This document shows positions 17,520 to 26,796 of a DNA stretch of 64,000 bases, one piece after another; the stretch's first letter is position 1, and each line of letters begins with the position of its first letter. Made by a program: the position numbers and the translations under genes. The notes below the pieces were generated by a model. The model made no database searches. It was not told the DNA's origin and saw nothing but the letters and a program-made list of their open reading frames with translations. Source of the DNA: Treponema sp. (GTDB lineage Bacteria > Spirochaetota > Spirochaetia > Treponematales > Breznakiellaceae); assembly GCA_012517385.1 (NCBI GenBank), contig JAAYUZ010000150.1, positions 55 to 64,054 on the forward strand, written 5' to 3'.

Positions 17520-18560
17520 TCAAGGACTTCCCAGCTGGCTGTTTCCCCAGATAAGGGCAATACCAAAGGCAAGCACAATGGCAACCAGGGTATGGAGGGA
17601 CAAAACCGTACTGATAAGGGCTCTATCCTCATCGCCCTTTTTAAACACGGGAATAATAAAGGGCGGGGGAAGTATAAAAAGGCTTATTACCGCGAGGGCC
17701 TGCATAAATCCATAGCCAAGTGCGGGCAGCAGCAGCTTGATGATTCCCAGGGCAAAGAGAATCACCGCCACAAGTCTGCTCAATATGAGAAGCAGACTCT
17801 TTGATACGTTGGCCAGAGAAAGATCCTTAAGTCCAAAACCTACGAGCAGGCTCACTAAAGGAGTTGTCACCGAACCGACGGTGCTTAAGAGGGGATATAA
17901 AAAGCCACCCTCATCCCAGGGAGTTCCATGGGCGGCAGGGAACCAGATTGATGCAAGGAGCCCCGCAATAATGGCGAGTATCACCGGGGAGCTTAGTAAT
18001 CCAATCAATATGGAACGCAGCTCCTGGACATTGCCTTTTGGGGTTCCCTGACTATCTAGCTTACTTTGGCCGCCTGGCTGCCCCTTATCACCGGACCATT
18101 CCTGGCCTGCAGCGATTGAATCCACCCGCTGGAGCTGAAACATAAGCACGGTAAATACATAGATTACCTGCCCTAAATCGGCGGATGCAAAGGCAGGCAA
18201 AGCACTTTTGCCATAGAAACTGGTAAACAGGGCGTATCCCAACATGCCCGCTTCAAAACCCTGAAAGAGCAAAACCGTTGCCCCCTTTGGCAGAGAGAAC
18301 AGTTTTACTGGCAGGAGGGCTGAAAAACCTAATAAAGCACATGAAATAAACACCGCAAAAGCCAAAAGACCCAATCGGCCTTCTACCGAGACGCGGGAGA
18401 AGGCAAGGAAAAGCAGTGCGGGCAAGCTGATAGAGGAAACAATCCGTTTAAGGCCTTCGGTCATGGGACCAGTCAGGAAACCCTGTTTTCCCAACAGAGC
18501 TCCAAGCGCCACAAGAAAGATAATTGGTAAAAATTGTGATATGAGGGACAAGCTATCCAT
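17520..18560 (-). CDS. AEC (auxin efflux carrier) family transporter
   Basis: 346-aa polytopic membrane protein with two hydrophobic halves separated by a hydrophilic loop, typical of the AEC family. Confidence 0.7.
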   Translation of the reverse strand: MDSLSLISQFLPIIFLVALGALLGKQGFLTGPMTEGLKRIVSSISLPALLFLAFSRVSVEGRLGLLAFAVFISCALLGFSALLPVKLFSLPKGATVLLFQGFEAGMLGYALFTSFYGKSALPAFASADLGQVIYVFTVLMFQLQRVDSIAAGQEWSGDKGQPGGQSKLDSQGTPKGNVQELRSILIGLLSSPVILAIIAGLLASIWFPAAHGTPWDEGGFLYPLLSTVGSVTTPLVSLLVGFGLKDLSLANVSKSLLLILSRLVAVILFALGIIKLLLPALGYGFMQALAVISLFILPPPFIIPVFKKGDEDRALISTVLSLHTLVAIVLAFGIALIWGNSQLGSP

Positions 18561-18582
18561 GTAATCGTTTACAATCCACAGT

Positions 18583-19014
18583 TTACACTGGGATGACTCC
18601 TTTTTTAAGGATTATATTCCCGTATTTGACCGTTTCTCCGGTCATAACAACCGCAAAAACCTTTTTTGTTCGCTCATAAAAGGCAAAGCGTTCCATCCGT
18701 TCGGTGGGTGGCGTTCCCGGCCAGCGGCGGTCTATGACCTCCCGGTAGGCCCGTTCCACCGACAGATCCAGTTCATCCCCCGGGACGGGCTGCATCATAA
18801 TGACTGGATGTTCCACATAGGAATCCAGGTTGATGAGGGCCAGAATACCATCCAGCAGGGCAGGAATTCGCAGCCCGTCGGCCCGGATAACCCTGGAGTT
18901 CAGGGAGTCACCGGTAAAGAAGGCATCGGCCAGAACAATTTCGTCCCCATGGCCCATACGAAAAAGGGTATCAAGCAGTTCCGGTCCGATAACCGGCGAA
19001 ATACCTATGAGCAT
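18583..19014 (-). CDS. fucU: L-fucose mutarotase (RbsD/FucU family)
   Basis: 143 aa with the MGHGDEIVLADAFF motif of RbsD/FucU. It sits in the cluster with fucI. Confidence 0.85.
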   Translation of the reverse strand: MLIGISPVIGPELLDTLFRMGHGDEIVLADAFFTGDSLNSRVIRADGLRIPALLDGILALINLDSYVEHPVIMMQPVPGDELDLSVERAYREVIDRRWPGTPPTERMERFAFYERTKKVFAVVMTGETVKYGNIILKKGVIPV

Positions 19015-19115
19015 AATGGTTACCTCCTATATAGACTAATCATCAATCCGAAATAAAAGAATGTCAAGGAAAAAATGTAAACGATTACATAAAAACAAGT
19101 CGATCTACACAAAGC

Positions 19116-19153
19116 GAGCTCTATCAAAACTTCTTGAGCTTTGAAAATGCTTC
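19116..19153. repeat. Degenerate solo copy of hairpin 3 of the repeat family
   Basis: gagctctatcaaaacttcttgagctttgaaaatgcttc, abutting the methyltransferase stop codon. Confidence 0.6.
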
Positions 19154-20690
19154 AGCTCTCTTTCAGTAACCCCACACGGGTTAATTCCAGCTCAAGGTAG
19201 GTGCGCCCCACCCCCCAGGTGTCAAGGAAGTCCCGGTAGGCCCGGTAACCCGGGTCACTTACACGAAGAATTGTCCGCTTTTCTGGAATCCCTTCCTGGG
19301 AAGACAACCCCTGCGGAGTCTTCCCAGGGGGTGATACTTCACCAGCGGACACTACCCCTCGGGCAGAGCCTTTACTAGCAGACTTCCTATGGGCAGAGCC
19401 TTCTTGAGCAGACTCCGCACGGGCAGAGCCTTCACTAGCAGATTCTGCACGGGCAGAGCCTTCTTGAGCAGACTCAGCATGGGCAGAACCTTCTCGAGCA
19501 GACTCAGCACGGGCAGAAATTTCACGGAGCGCATCCTCACGGTAGGCCCGGATGAGTACGTTCTTCGGCGTATGTTCCATGGTGATGAATTCCACCATCT
19601 CAACCGAATACCCAAAGGCCCGGAGCATAAGGGCCCGGGAGGCATCGGTAACCAGGGTTGCCTGTTTGTCCCGGGTAACACCATACCGGAGTATCGATTC
19701 CATAGCAGGAAAGGTGAGTTGATGAAAAAACTCATGCTGGCAGCAGGGGACGGCAAGTATGACCGGACTGCCCCACTGGAGGGCCTTAACAAGGGCCGCA
19801 TCGGTGGCTATGTCACAGGCATGTAGGCTGATAATCATGTCAGGACGGTGAGCAGCCGCCCCCGTCCCTTCATCAATATGAAAATTGGCGATATCCCCCA
19901 CCTGAAACTGCAGATGTTCATACCGGAGCCGCCGGGCGGTCTCATTGCAGAAGGCTACCACATCTTCCTTAAGGTCCAGACCGGTCACCTGAACATCGGT
20001 GTAGCCCCGGGCAGAAAGGTAATGATACAACGCAAAGGTGAGATAGGCCTTGCCGCTTCCAAAATCTACTATATACAAGGGCTTTTCTTGGGGAAACCGT
20101 CTGAGGGCGTCTTCTACAAATTCCAGATATTTATTGATTTGACGGAACTTGTCATACTTCTTAGGGTATACCCGGCCGCTGGTATCCATAACGCCGAGCT
20201 CCACAAGAAAGGGAATCGGCTCCCCCTCTGCAAGCAGGTAGGATTTTTGACGGTTGTGTGCGAGGGATTCCCTGGCTTTGGTGGGGGCCCGCTCGGTGAT
20301 GCGGCAAAGGTTTGCACTGGTCCAGTAAAATTGATAATCGCCGCGGTTTGTAAAGATGGTACCCTCTGAAAAGTCGCGCAGCCCCTTTGCCAGGGGCGGA
20401 GCGTCCGGAGTAAGAGGGTACTGTTGATGAAAGGTTCTGGGGCCGAACTGGAACTCAGCCTGGAGCTGTATGCCCCCCTTAAGGGTGATGGGCCGGAGTT
20501 TCAGTTTACTGCAGCGCAGTTCCTGCCTTACAAAGAGACTTTCGTCCTCTGCAGGAAGGGCTCCTTCCCGCAGCCGGGAAAACACGGCATATACGAGGGT
20601 TTCTTTTACATCAAGGGAAGCGAGAAAATCCGCTAACTGGTCAGGACTGAGCATCCGCCGTGCTTTCATGGGGCCAACCGCTTCAGGCAT
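19152..20690 (-). CDS. Class I SAM-dependent methyltransferase with C-terminal decapeptide repeats
   Basis: SAM-binding motif IVDFGSGKAYLTF...VTGLDL. The C-terminal region carries SA(R/Q)EGSA(R/H)AE repeats. The start overlaps the upstream gene's stop as ATGCCTGA. Confidence 0.8.
   Translation of the reverse strand: MPEAVGPMKARRMLSPDQLADFLASLDVKETLVYAVFSRLREGALPAEDESLFVRQELRCSKLKLRPITLKGGIQLQAEFQFGPRTFHQQYPLTPDAPPLAKGLRDFSEGTIFTNRGDYQFYWTSANLCRITERAPTKARESLAHNRQKSYLLAEGEPIPFLVELGVMDTSGRVYPKKYDKFRQINKYLEFVEDALRRFPQEKPLYIVDFGSGKAYLTFALYHYLSARGYTDVQVTGLDLKEDVVAFCNETARRLRYEHLQFQVGDIANFHIDEGTGAAAHRPDMIISLHACDIATDAALVKALQWGSPVILAVPCCQHEFFHQLTFPAMESILRYGVTRDKQATLVTDASRALMLRAFGYSVEMVEFITMEHTPKNVLIRAYREDALREISARAESAREGSAHAESAQEGSARAESASEGSARAESAQEGSAHRKSASKGSARGVVSAGEVSPPGKTPQGLSSQEGIPEKRTILRVSDPGYRAYRDFLDTWGVGRTYLELELTRVGLLKES
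19361..19530. repeat. In-frame 30-bp tandem repeat (5 full units plus a degenerate sixth)
   Basis: Units start at 19361, 19391, 19421, 19451 and 19481 (gggcagagccttcttgagcagactccgcac consensus). A sixth partial unit starts at 19511. Confidence 0.9.
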
Positions 20691-21441
20691 GAACCGGTGC
20701 CTGGCTCATTGCAAGATAGGCCGCCTGCCGGGCGCTCCGCCGGGCGGTAATAAAGGCTTCGAACTTTTCCAGGCTGCTATTGAGCACCAGGGATTCGGGA
20801 GCCCCCGCCTCTGAAAGGAGGGATTTCACTTCATCAAAGCGGCCCACATCTTCCCAATAGTGGGCGTCGCTGCCGCAGACCATGGAACAGCCCTGTTCAA
20901 CACAGAGTTTCGCAATCTGGAGGCAGTTGGGGTGGCTGCCCCTGCGGATTCTAAAGGAACTGTCATTTATTTCCAGGGCCTTACCCTGTTCCTTTGCGGC
21001 GGCCACAACCCGCTCCATATCAATCGGAAAGGCAGGGTTTCCCGGGTGGGAGATGGCGTCTACCCAGGGACTGGACAGGGCCGCGATGAGGGCCTGAGTA
21101 TTTGCCTCCCGTCCGTGGTCTTCGAAGCAGATTTCATGGAATCCGGCCATGACAAAATCGAGCCGGGCCAGAATATAGGGGTCCAGATCGATGGTCCCCC
21201 CGGTGTCCATTATGTTCGCTTCGATACCGGTAAAAAACCGCACCCCCTGTATAGTGGCAGGGAGGATGCGAAGATTCCCAAAATGGTAAGGATGGGTGGT
21301 TCCTGGCATGCCAGGGCCGTGATCGGTAAGCACAAAAGCTGCAAGGCCCCGTTTAAGGGCACCCCGGGCAAGGTCATCGACGGTGGAAAATGCGTGGCCT
21401 GAAGCCACCGAATGGGTATGAGAATCGACTGCTATGTTCAT
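20683..21441 (-). CDS. PHP-family phosphatase (YcdX-like)
   Basis: N-terminal DSHTHSVASGH and LTDHGPGMPG, the PHP metal-binding histidine pattern. 252 aa. Confidence 0.8.
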   Translation of the reverse strand: MNIAVDSHTHSVASGHAFSTVDDLARGALKRGLAAFVLTDHGPGMPGTTHPYHFGNLRILPATIQGVRFFTGIEANIMDTGGTIDLDPYILARLDFVMAGFHEICFEDHGREANTQALIAALSSPWVDAISHPGNPAFPIDMERVVAAAKEQGKALEINDSSFRIRRGSHPNCLQIAKLCVEQGCSMVCGSDAHYWEDVGRFDEVKSLLSEAGAPESLVLNSSLEKFEAFITARRSARQAAYLAMSQAPVHA

Positions 21442-21489
21442 AGATGATCCTGTTATACCATATTTACGCAGCCTGTTTAAGGGTGGTAC

Positions 21490-22425
21490 TTATTGTAGAG
21501 GATAATAAGTTTCTCCTAATGTAGGTAAACTAAATATTTTATTTCTTAATGGTTGTAAAGCATCTTCCTTTTGTTTCTGGTTATAAAAACCTGCTGTTTT
21601 GTAAGCACCGTATATATTTGATAAATGAAAAGATAAGGTGATTGCCCCTAAAACACCGGTATATATATACGAGCCATTATTTGCTTTCTCATAAAGATAT
21701 ACACCATACGAAGCTAAAGCAAATGAACCAATCATTGTAAAGGCTTGTATAGCGTCAAACCAATGACCACTATACATTTGTCCAAGCCCTGGTATAAGTG
21801 TAGAGAGACTTGCTGCAAGCACAGGAGATTTCTTCGGTAAAGATTGGATATTTTGTAATGTATTTGAAGCGAAATCAATCGTTTGCTCTATTTGATCTGA
21901 ATTATAGGTCCATCTTTCATTCTTTATACTCAAAAGATCTGACCTAGCATCATTAAAATTATCACCTTCCATATTAAGTAGGCTACGATATAAATAAGGC
22001 ATTGGTGAAAGCAAATCATTTTTTTCAATCGCTTCATTAAAATACATTTTTGCATTGGGAAACAACTTCATACCATAATAATTTAATGCAATTGTTGTTA
22101 ATAACCATTCTTTTTTACGAACATCATTTATATCTTTAATACTAAACAAATACTCCAAAGAGCTTTCATATTTTTGGCTCAGCCAATAGGACTCAGCAAT
22201 CCGTACTGAACATATCCAATTTAAATCTATATCTTTTGAAAAGAAACGACTTCGCTTATATTCAGTAATTGCTCTAAAATAATCTCTTTCTTTATATAAA
22301 TCGTTTGCAAACTGAATAAACTCTTGAGGAAAAACATTAGAAGCAATTGATAATAATATAATTAAAAAAATGTTTTTTTTAAAAACATTATTAAAATTCT
22401 TTTTAATATAAGAAATATTCATCAT
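21490..22425 (-). CDS. TPR-like protein with C-terminal membrane anchor (PGLGQMY motif)
   Basis: Signal/anchor NIFLIILLSIASNVF, helical-repeat-rich body, and a C-terminal IPGLGQMYSGHW segment plus two hydrophobic helices. Very AT-rich coding sequence. Confidence 0.65.
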   Translation of the reverse strand: MMNISYIKKNFNNVFKKNIFLIILLSIASNVFPQEFIQFANDLYKERDYFRAITEYKRSRFFSKDIDLNWICSVRIAESYWLSQKYESSLEYLFSIKDINDVRKKEWLLTTIALNYYGMKLFPNAKMYFNEAIEKNDLLSPMPYLYRSLLNMEGDNFNDARSDLLSIKNERWTYNSDQIEQTIDFASNTLQNIQSLPKKSPVLAASLSTLIPGLGQMYSGHWFDAIQAFTMIGSFALASYGVYLYEKANNGSYIYTGVLGAITLSFHLSNIYGAYKTAGFYNQKQKEDALQPLRNKIFSLPTLGETYYPLQ

Positions 22426-22807
22426 CTAGTTTATAAACTCCATCAGAACGTTTTTTTAAAGAATACAAAGAAAAAGATTGTTTATTTTCTCTAAAAAAAT
22501 ACCTGTCAAAAAACATTAGTATCCCTACTGGGAAACCATGTAGCTTAATCGCTTTAGTCAAGAATAAAGAGCAGCTCGTGTAAAACGCACATCTATGAAT
22601 CGATTTATCTGACTGCTTTTCTTGATATATATTAATTGATGCATTTATTAAATCATCAAATAAATTATTTCTTATAATTATCTTATTGTTAAATGCCTGA
22701 GAAACGTTAACAATATCCGTTGCTTCCCATGGTTCAGCGAAACCATATAAAGGAATATAAAATAAAAGCACAGTAACTATTAAAATTTTCCAATTAGAAT
22801 TATTCAT
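22403..22807 (-). CDS. YidD-like (membrane protein insertion efficiency factor family) protein
   Basis: IYQEKQSDKSIHRCAFYTSCSLFLTKAIKLHGFPVGILMFFDRYFF matches the YidD pattern (YQ...C.F.P(S/T)CS...A....G). It has an N-terminal signal/anchor. Confidence 0.6.
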   Translation of the reverse strand: MNNSNWKILIVTVLLFYIPLYGFAEPWEATDIVNVSQAFNNKIIIRNNLFDDLINASINIYQEKQSDKSIHRCAFYTSCSLFLTKAIKLHGFPVGILMFFDRYFFRENKQSFSLYSLKKRSDGVYKLDDEYFLY

Positions 22808-22853
22808 TTTTTTATAGGGAAGACTGACTAGATTATCAGTCTTCCCATTTAAT

Positions 22854-23342
22854 TTAACCTTTTATCATTGGAACAGAAATTGACCTTAATTCACCATTAT
22901 CATCGAGAGCGAAGAAAGCAATAACAGGACCATTATCAGTATTTAATAAGGCTGTTTTTAAGGTGATATTTATTGTGTCCGGTTCCAAATTCCAGAGAGA
23001 ACCAGTTATTAAGTCCACAACAGCACCAGGAATACCACCAAAACAAATATTTCCTACAAACCACATATTAAATGATTTATCGATAGAAACCTTCTGCGTT
23101 GCATAACCATCCATTGATATTTCAACAGTGTAAGTTTTGCTACGAGGCAGTGATATCTCTCCAGGTCCTCCTTTATAATATTCCTTTCCGTCCTGACCAA
23201 TTACAACAATTTGAGCCTTGGCAGGTTCTGAAGAAACCTTTACCTTCTGTTTTGTTCCGCTTACAATCGTTGCACAACCAGAAAGCATTAGGCTTAGGCC
23301 TACAAGAACTAATACAAGATTTTTCATCCTTTTCATTTTCAT
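22854..23342 (-). CDS. Lipoprotein with PEGA-like domain
   Basis: Lipobox LMLSGC after a basic/hydrophobic signal peptide. A beta-rich PEGA-like segment (KVSSEPAKAQIVVIGQDGKEYYKGGPGEISLPRSKTYTVEISMDGY). Confidence 0.6.
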   Translation of the reverse strand: MKMKRMKNLVLVLVGLSLMLSGCATIVSGTKQKVKVSSEPAKAQIVVIGQDGKEYYKGGPGEISLPRSKTYTVEISMDGYATQKVSIDKSFNMWFVGNICFGGIPGAVVDLITGSLWNLEPDTINITLKTALLNTDNGPVIAFFALDDNGELRSISVPMIKG

Positions 23343-23460
23343 TCCTCACTTATTAGGTTTTTTATGCAGTTTAACAACTGCATTTACATTTTTAGTCGTT
23401 AATTTTTTATTTGTCAATTAAAAAAAAAAAATACAATCTCTTAACTGCGAGAACTCTTCC

Positions 23461-24810
23461 CTACACAATCCCCTTACTCATCCAGCGCTTGCTCTTCCAG
23501 CGGAACAGCATGATGATGCCCCGGATGGTTTCATCGGTTCCTACCGCGAGCCAGATACCGACCATACCCAGCCCAAAGTGAAGACCCAGCAGCCAGGCCC
23601 CGAAAGCGCCCAGCCCCCACATGGAAATAATACCTACCATGACAGGAAACTGCACATCCCCCGCACCTTTTAAGGCTGGAATAGTAATCAGATTAAAGGA
23701 TCGGCCGGTCTCCACATAAAAGGACACAAAGAGCATATTGTAGGTGATATCTGCAATTTCCTTTACTTTGGTAAATATCCCGATTAAGGGCTGCTTAAAC
23801 ATATTAAGGAGCAGCACAAGACTTATGGATATGAGGGTCCCCGCAAACTGGTACAGGTAAACCCGTTTGTAGGCTTCCTCCGGCTTTTTCATCCCCATGT
23901 AATAGCCCGTTTTAATCTGAGCCCCATTGCCAATCGCCATGGAAGCCACAAAAACAAATCGCACCAGAGTCTGGGCATAAACCTGTGAAGACATGGCATA
24001 GGTTCCCAGGGTGGTGACCATGGCCATGATCACAATCTGGGCCACATTGTACGAAAGGGCTTCACCGGCAGAGGGCAGGCCAATCTCCAAAATCTTTCTA
24101 TAAATAGAGGTTGGAATGGTCCTCCAGCCTTCAGCCCTGAACACAATATCCCGATGGGCCTTAATCCGGTACCGGGTCATTACTACCGCCGCAGCCTGAG
24201 AAAACACCGATGAGGCCGCCACACCAGCCACACCGGTAACAGGAAGACCGAACCAGCCATAGAGGGCTAAGGAATTACCCAGCACATTTAAGAGATTAGC
24301 AATAATCGAAATATACATGGTGTCCCTGGTATAGCCGTAGGTTCTTAGCAGCGTAGCCTGGAACATATTAAAAGCTATGAACACCGAACCCAGACCGCCA
24401 AAAATCGAAAAATACTGCCATGCATATTGATGAACCTTTGGTTCCAGTGGATACAGCGATAAAAGCCATGAGGAGCCAGAGAGCACCAGTACCGTAACCA
24501 GTACAGCTAATACAACTGACATGACCGCCCCTGCCTGTGCAATTAAACCTGCCTCCTGGTGCCGTTTTGCCCCCAGGTATTGGGCGAGCACTATACCCGC
24601 TCCAATACAGACTATGTTAAACAGGAGCTGGATAAAAAACATGTATTGGGCGACCATCCCTACCCCGGCCACCGCTTCCTGGGCGTAGGAACTGAGCATA
24701 AAGGTATCGATGGAAGACACCAGCATCCGGAAGAGGGATTCAAAAAAGATTGGTAGTACCAGTGTAGTTAAACTCACCGATCCAGGATTTACCGATTTTT
24801 GAGAATTCAT
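23461..24810 (-). CDS. MATE family efflux transporter
   Basis: 449 aa, about 12 hydrophobic helices in two repeated halves, typical MATE composition. Confidence 0.8.
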   Translation of the reverse strand: MNSQKSVNPGSVSLTTLVLPIFFESLFRMLVSSIDTFMLSSYAQEAVAGVGMVAQYMFFIQLLFNIVCIGAGIVLAQYLGAKRHQEAGLIAQAGAVMSVVLAVLVTVLVLSGSSWLLSLYPLEPKVHQYAWQYFSIFGGLGSVFIAFNMFQATLLRTYGYTRDTMYISIIANLLNVLGNSLALYGWFGLPVTGVAGVAASSVFSQAAAVVMTRYRIKAHRDIVFRAEGWRTIPTSIYRKILEIGLPSAGEALSYNVAQIVIMAMVTTLGTYAMSSQVYAQTLVRFVFVASMAIGNGAQIKTGYYMGMKKPEEAYKRVYLYQFAGTLISISLVLLLNMFKQPLIGIFTKVKEIADITYNMLFVSFYVETGRSFNLITIPALKGAGDVQFPVMVGIISMWGLGAFGAWLLGLHFGLGMVGIWLAVGTDETIRGIIMLFRWKSKRWMSKGIV

Positions 24811-24856
24811 AATTTTACAACTCCAAGAGACACTGCTGAAACCTGTCCTTACAGAT

Positions 24857-25009
24857 GAGGCTCTTTCAAAACTCAGGGAGTTTTGAAAGAGCTACCTTAG
24901 ATGTATATGCAGTATTTTTGCTATTCTTTATAATATATATAATTATTTTTAAATTGCAAAAATACTGCAAGAGGTGTTTGCAAAAGTAACAGACTTTTGC
25001 AAACACCTC
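24857..25009 (-). repeat. 153-bp triple-hairpin intergenic repeat, copy B (inverted relative to A and C)
   Basis: Read on the + strand: hairpin 3 (gctctttcaaaactc-agg-gagttttgaaagagc), then tgcagtatttttgc...gcaaaaatactgca, then hairpin 1 (gaggtgtttgcaaaagt-aacag-acttttgcaaacacctc). Confidence 0.9.
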
Positions 25010-25176
25010 CGATACTAAACAATTTTTTAATCTTGGTATAGATGGATGAAATTTTACAACAAATTCACCTAAATGCTTTTATTTTTTCATAGGCTCCATC
25101 GATTCTCACTGAGCTTTTTACTCCCCTAAACTTGCACAATAAACACATACCCGCTAGTATATTCGTGGAGGAAATT

Positions 25177-26169
25177 ATGATTATCTGTTGCGGTGAAGCC
25201 CTTATCGATATGGTTCCCTATACAACAAAGGATGGAATCGATACCTTTAGACCCCTGCCTGGCGGAAGCCCCTATAACAGTGCCATCGCCATGGGACGGC
25301 TGGGAGCCCCGGTTAGTTTTATGGGCCGCCTTTCTTCAGATTTTTTCGGCACCATGCTGGTAGACCGGCTCCAGAACAACCATGTTAACACCGATCTGAT
25401 CGTGCGATCCCATCAACATAGCACCCTTGCCTTTGTAAAGCTCGAAGCCGGTAAGGAACCCCAGTACGCCTTTTATACGGAGGGCACCGCCGATCGATCC
25501 TTTTCACGGGAAGACCTGCCCCGGCAATTGCCAAAGGACCTGCATGGGATTCTTTTCGGCTCCATATCGATGACCATGGAACCGGTGGCCAGCACCATAG
25601 AACAGTTTGTATTTGAACAAAGCCGGAGAACCGATGCTGCGGCCCCGGTCATCTCCCTGGACCCCAATGTCCGCCCCGTCATGATTCAGGACCATAGCGC
25701 CTATGTACAGCGGCTCGAAGGCTGGATTTCCAGCGCAACCATTGTAAAAATATCCGGCGCCGACATGGAATATGTGTACCCATCCCTCTCGCGGGAAGCG
25801 GCGCTGGAACATGTCCTGTCTTTGGGCCCCACCCTGGTCGTGACCACCCTCGGCGCCGATGGAGCCCTCGCTATAGGACGCCGTAAAGACGGTAGCCGCT
25901 TTACCGCCACAGCCCCGGTCGTTCCCGTTCAGGTGGCCGACACCATCTGCGCCGGCGACACCTTCCATGCAGCCCTCCTCTCCTGGTTCGAACTGCACCA
26001 CACATTGAACCGCACTGCCCTGGCAAATCTTTCTGAGAAGGATTTAAAGGAAGCCCTCTTCTTTGCGAATAAGGCCGCATCCCTGGTATGCACCAAACAT
26101 GGGGCTGAACCGCCCACCATGGCAGAAATGGAAGCGCTTAATGGAGGAACAGGTGGATTATCTTTTTGA
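25177..26169 (+). CDS. PfkB-family sugar kinase (fructokinase-like)
   Basis: ATG at 25177 with GGAGG 6 nt upstream. GGSPYNSAIAMGRLG and DTICAGDTF (PfkB signature 2). Confidence 0.85.
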   Translation: MIICCGEALIDMVPYTTKDGIDTFRPLPGGSPYNSAIAMGRLGAPVSFMGRLSSDFFGTMLVDRLQNNHVNTDLIVRSHQHSTLAFVKLEAGKEPQYAFYTEGTADRSFSREDLPRQLPKDLHGILFGSISMTMEPVASTIEQFVFEQSRRTDAAAPVISLDPNVRPVMIQDHSAYVQRLEGWISSATIVKISGADMEYVYPSLSREAALEHVLSLGPTLVVTTLGADGALAIGRRKDGSRFTATAPVVPVQVADTICAGDTFHAALLSWFELHHTLNRTALANLSEKDLKEALFFANKAASLVCTKHGAEPPTMAEMEALNGGTGGLSF

Positions 26170-26773
26170 TGGGGTTCGAGAATTCAACAGTCAGGATTAT
26201 CAGGAATATAAACATCTCTTTAAAAGACTGGGCCGGAAACAGGAACCCCATACCCTGTTTATCGGCTGTTCCGATTCACGGGTTGTTCCCAACCTGATAA
26301 CAAAAACATTACCGGGGGAACTCTTTGTTATCCGTAACATCGCGAATATAGTTCCGCTTTATCGACAATCTGAAGAATATCTTGCTACAACAGCGGCAAT
26401 AGAATATGCAGTACAGATTCTTAATGTAAAGAATATTGTTATTTGCGGCCATTCAAATTGCGGTGGATGTAAAGCCCTTTTTATAGACGAAAAACAGACC
26501 AATAACATCCCCCATACAAAAAAATGGCTGGAACTGGCAGGCAGGGTTAAACAAAAAATACTTTCTGAACACATATCTGACGAACTGGAACGGGAATGGA
26601 AAACTGAACAGTTGAATGTGGTAGAACAGATGAACCACCTGATTACTTACCCATACATTAAAGAAAAATACCGTAATAATGAAATACATATCCTCGGCTG
26701 GTATTATCATATCGAGTCAGGAGATGTATTTAATTACCAGCCTGAGGAAAAACGATTCGTTAAGATAACCTGA
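26141..26773 (+). CDS. Beta-class carbonic anhydrase
   Basis: Zn ligand motifs IGCSDSRV and CGHSNCGGC. Start chosen at MEEQVDYLF (26141), overlapping the kinase gene end. Confidence 0.85.
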   Translation: MEEQVDYLFDGVREFNSQDYQEYKHLFKRLGRKQEPHTLFIGCSDSRVVPNLITKTLPGELFVIRNIANIVPLYRQSEEYLATTAAIEYAVQILNVKNIVICGHSNCGGCKALFIDEKQTNNIPHTKKWLELAGRVKQKILSEHISDELEREWKTEQLNVVEQMNHLITYPYIKEKYRNNEIHILGWYYHIESGDVFNYQPEEKRFVKIT

Positions 26774-26796
26774 TGGTACTATTCACCCAATAATGC

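Noticed and set aside
17504-17632. 43-codon N-terminal extension of the LacI-family ORF
   Set aside because: It overlaps the end of the AEC transporter gene. The HTH starts right after the internal ATG at 17503, the normal position for LacI-family proteins.
19352-19826. Two ORFs (149 aa on the minus strand, 145 aa on the plus strand) across the 30-bp tandem repeat, and the idea that the periodic repeat might be a CRISPR array
   Set aside because: The repeats are contiguous with no spacers and are in frame within the methyltransferase gene. The alternative-frame ORFs exist only because the periodic sequence lacks stops.
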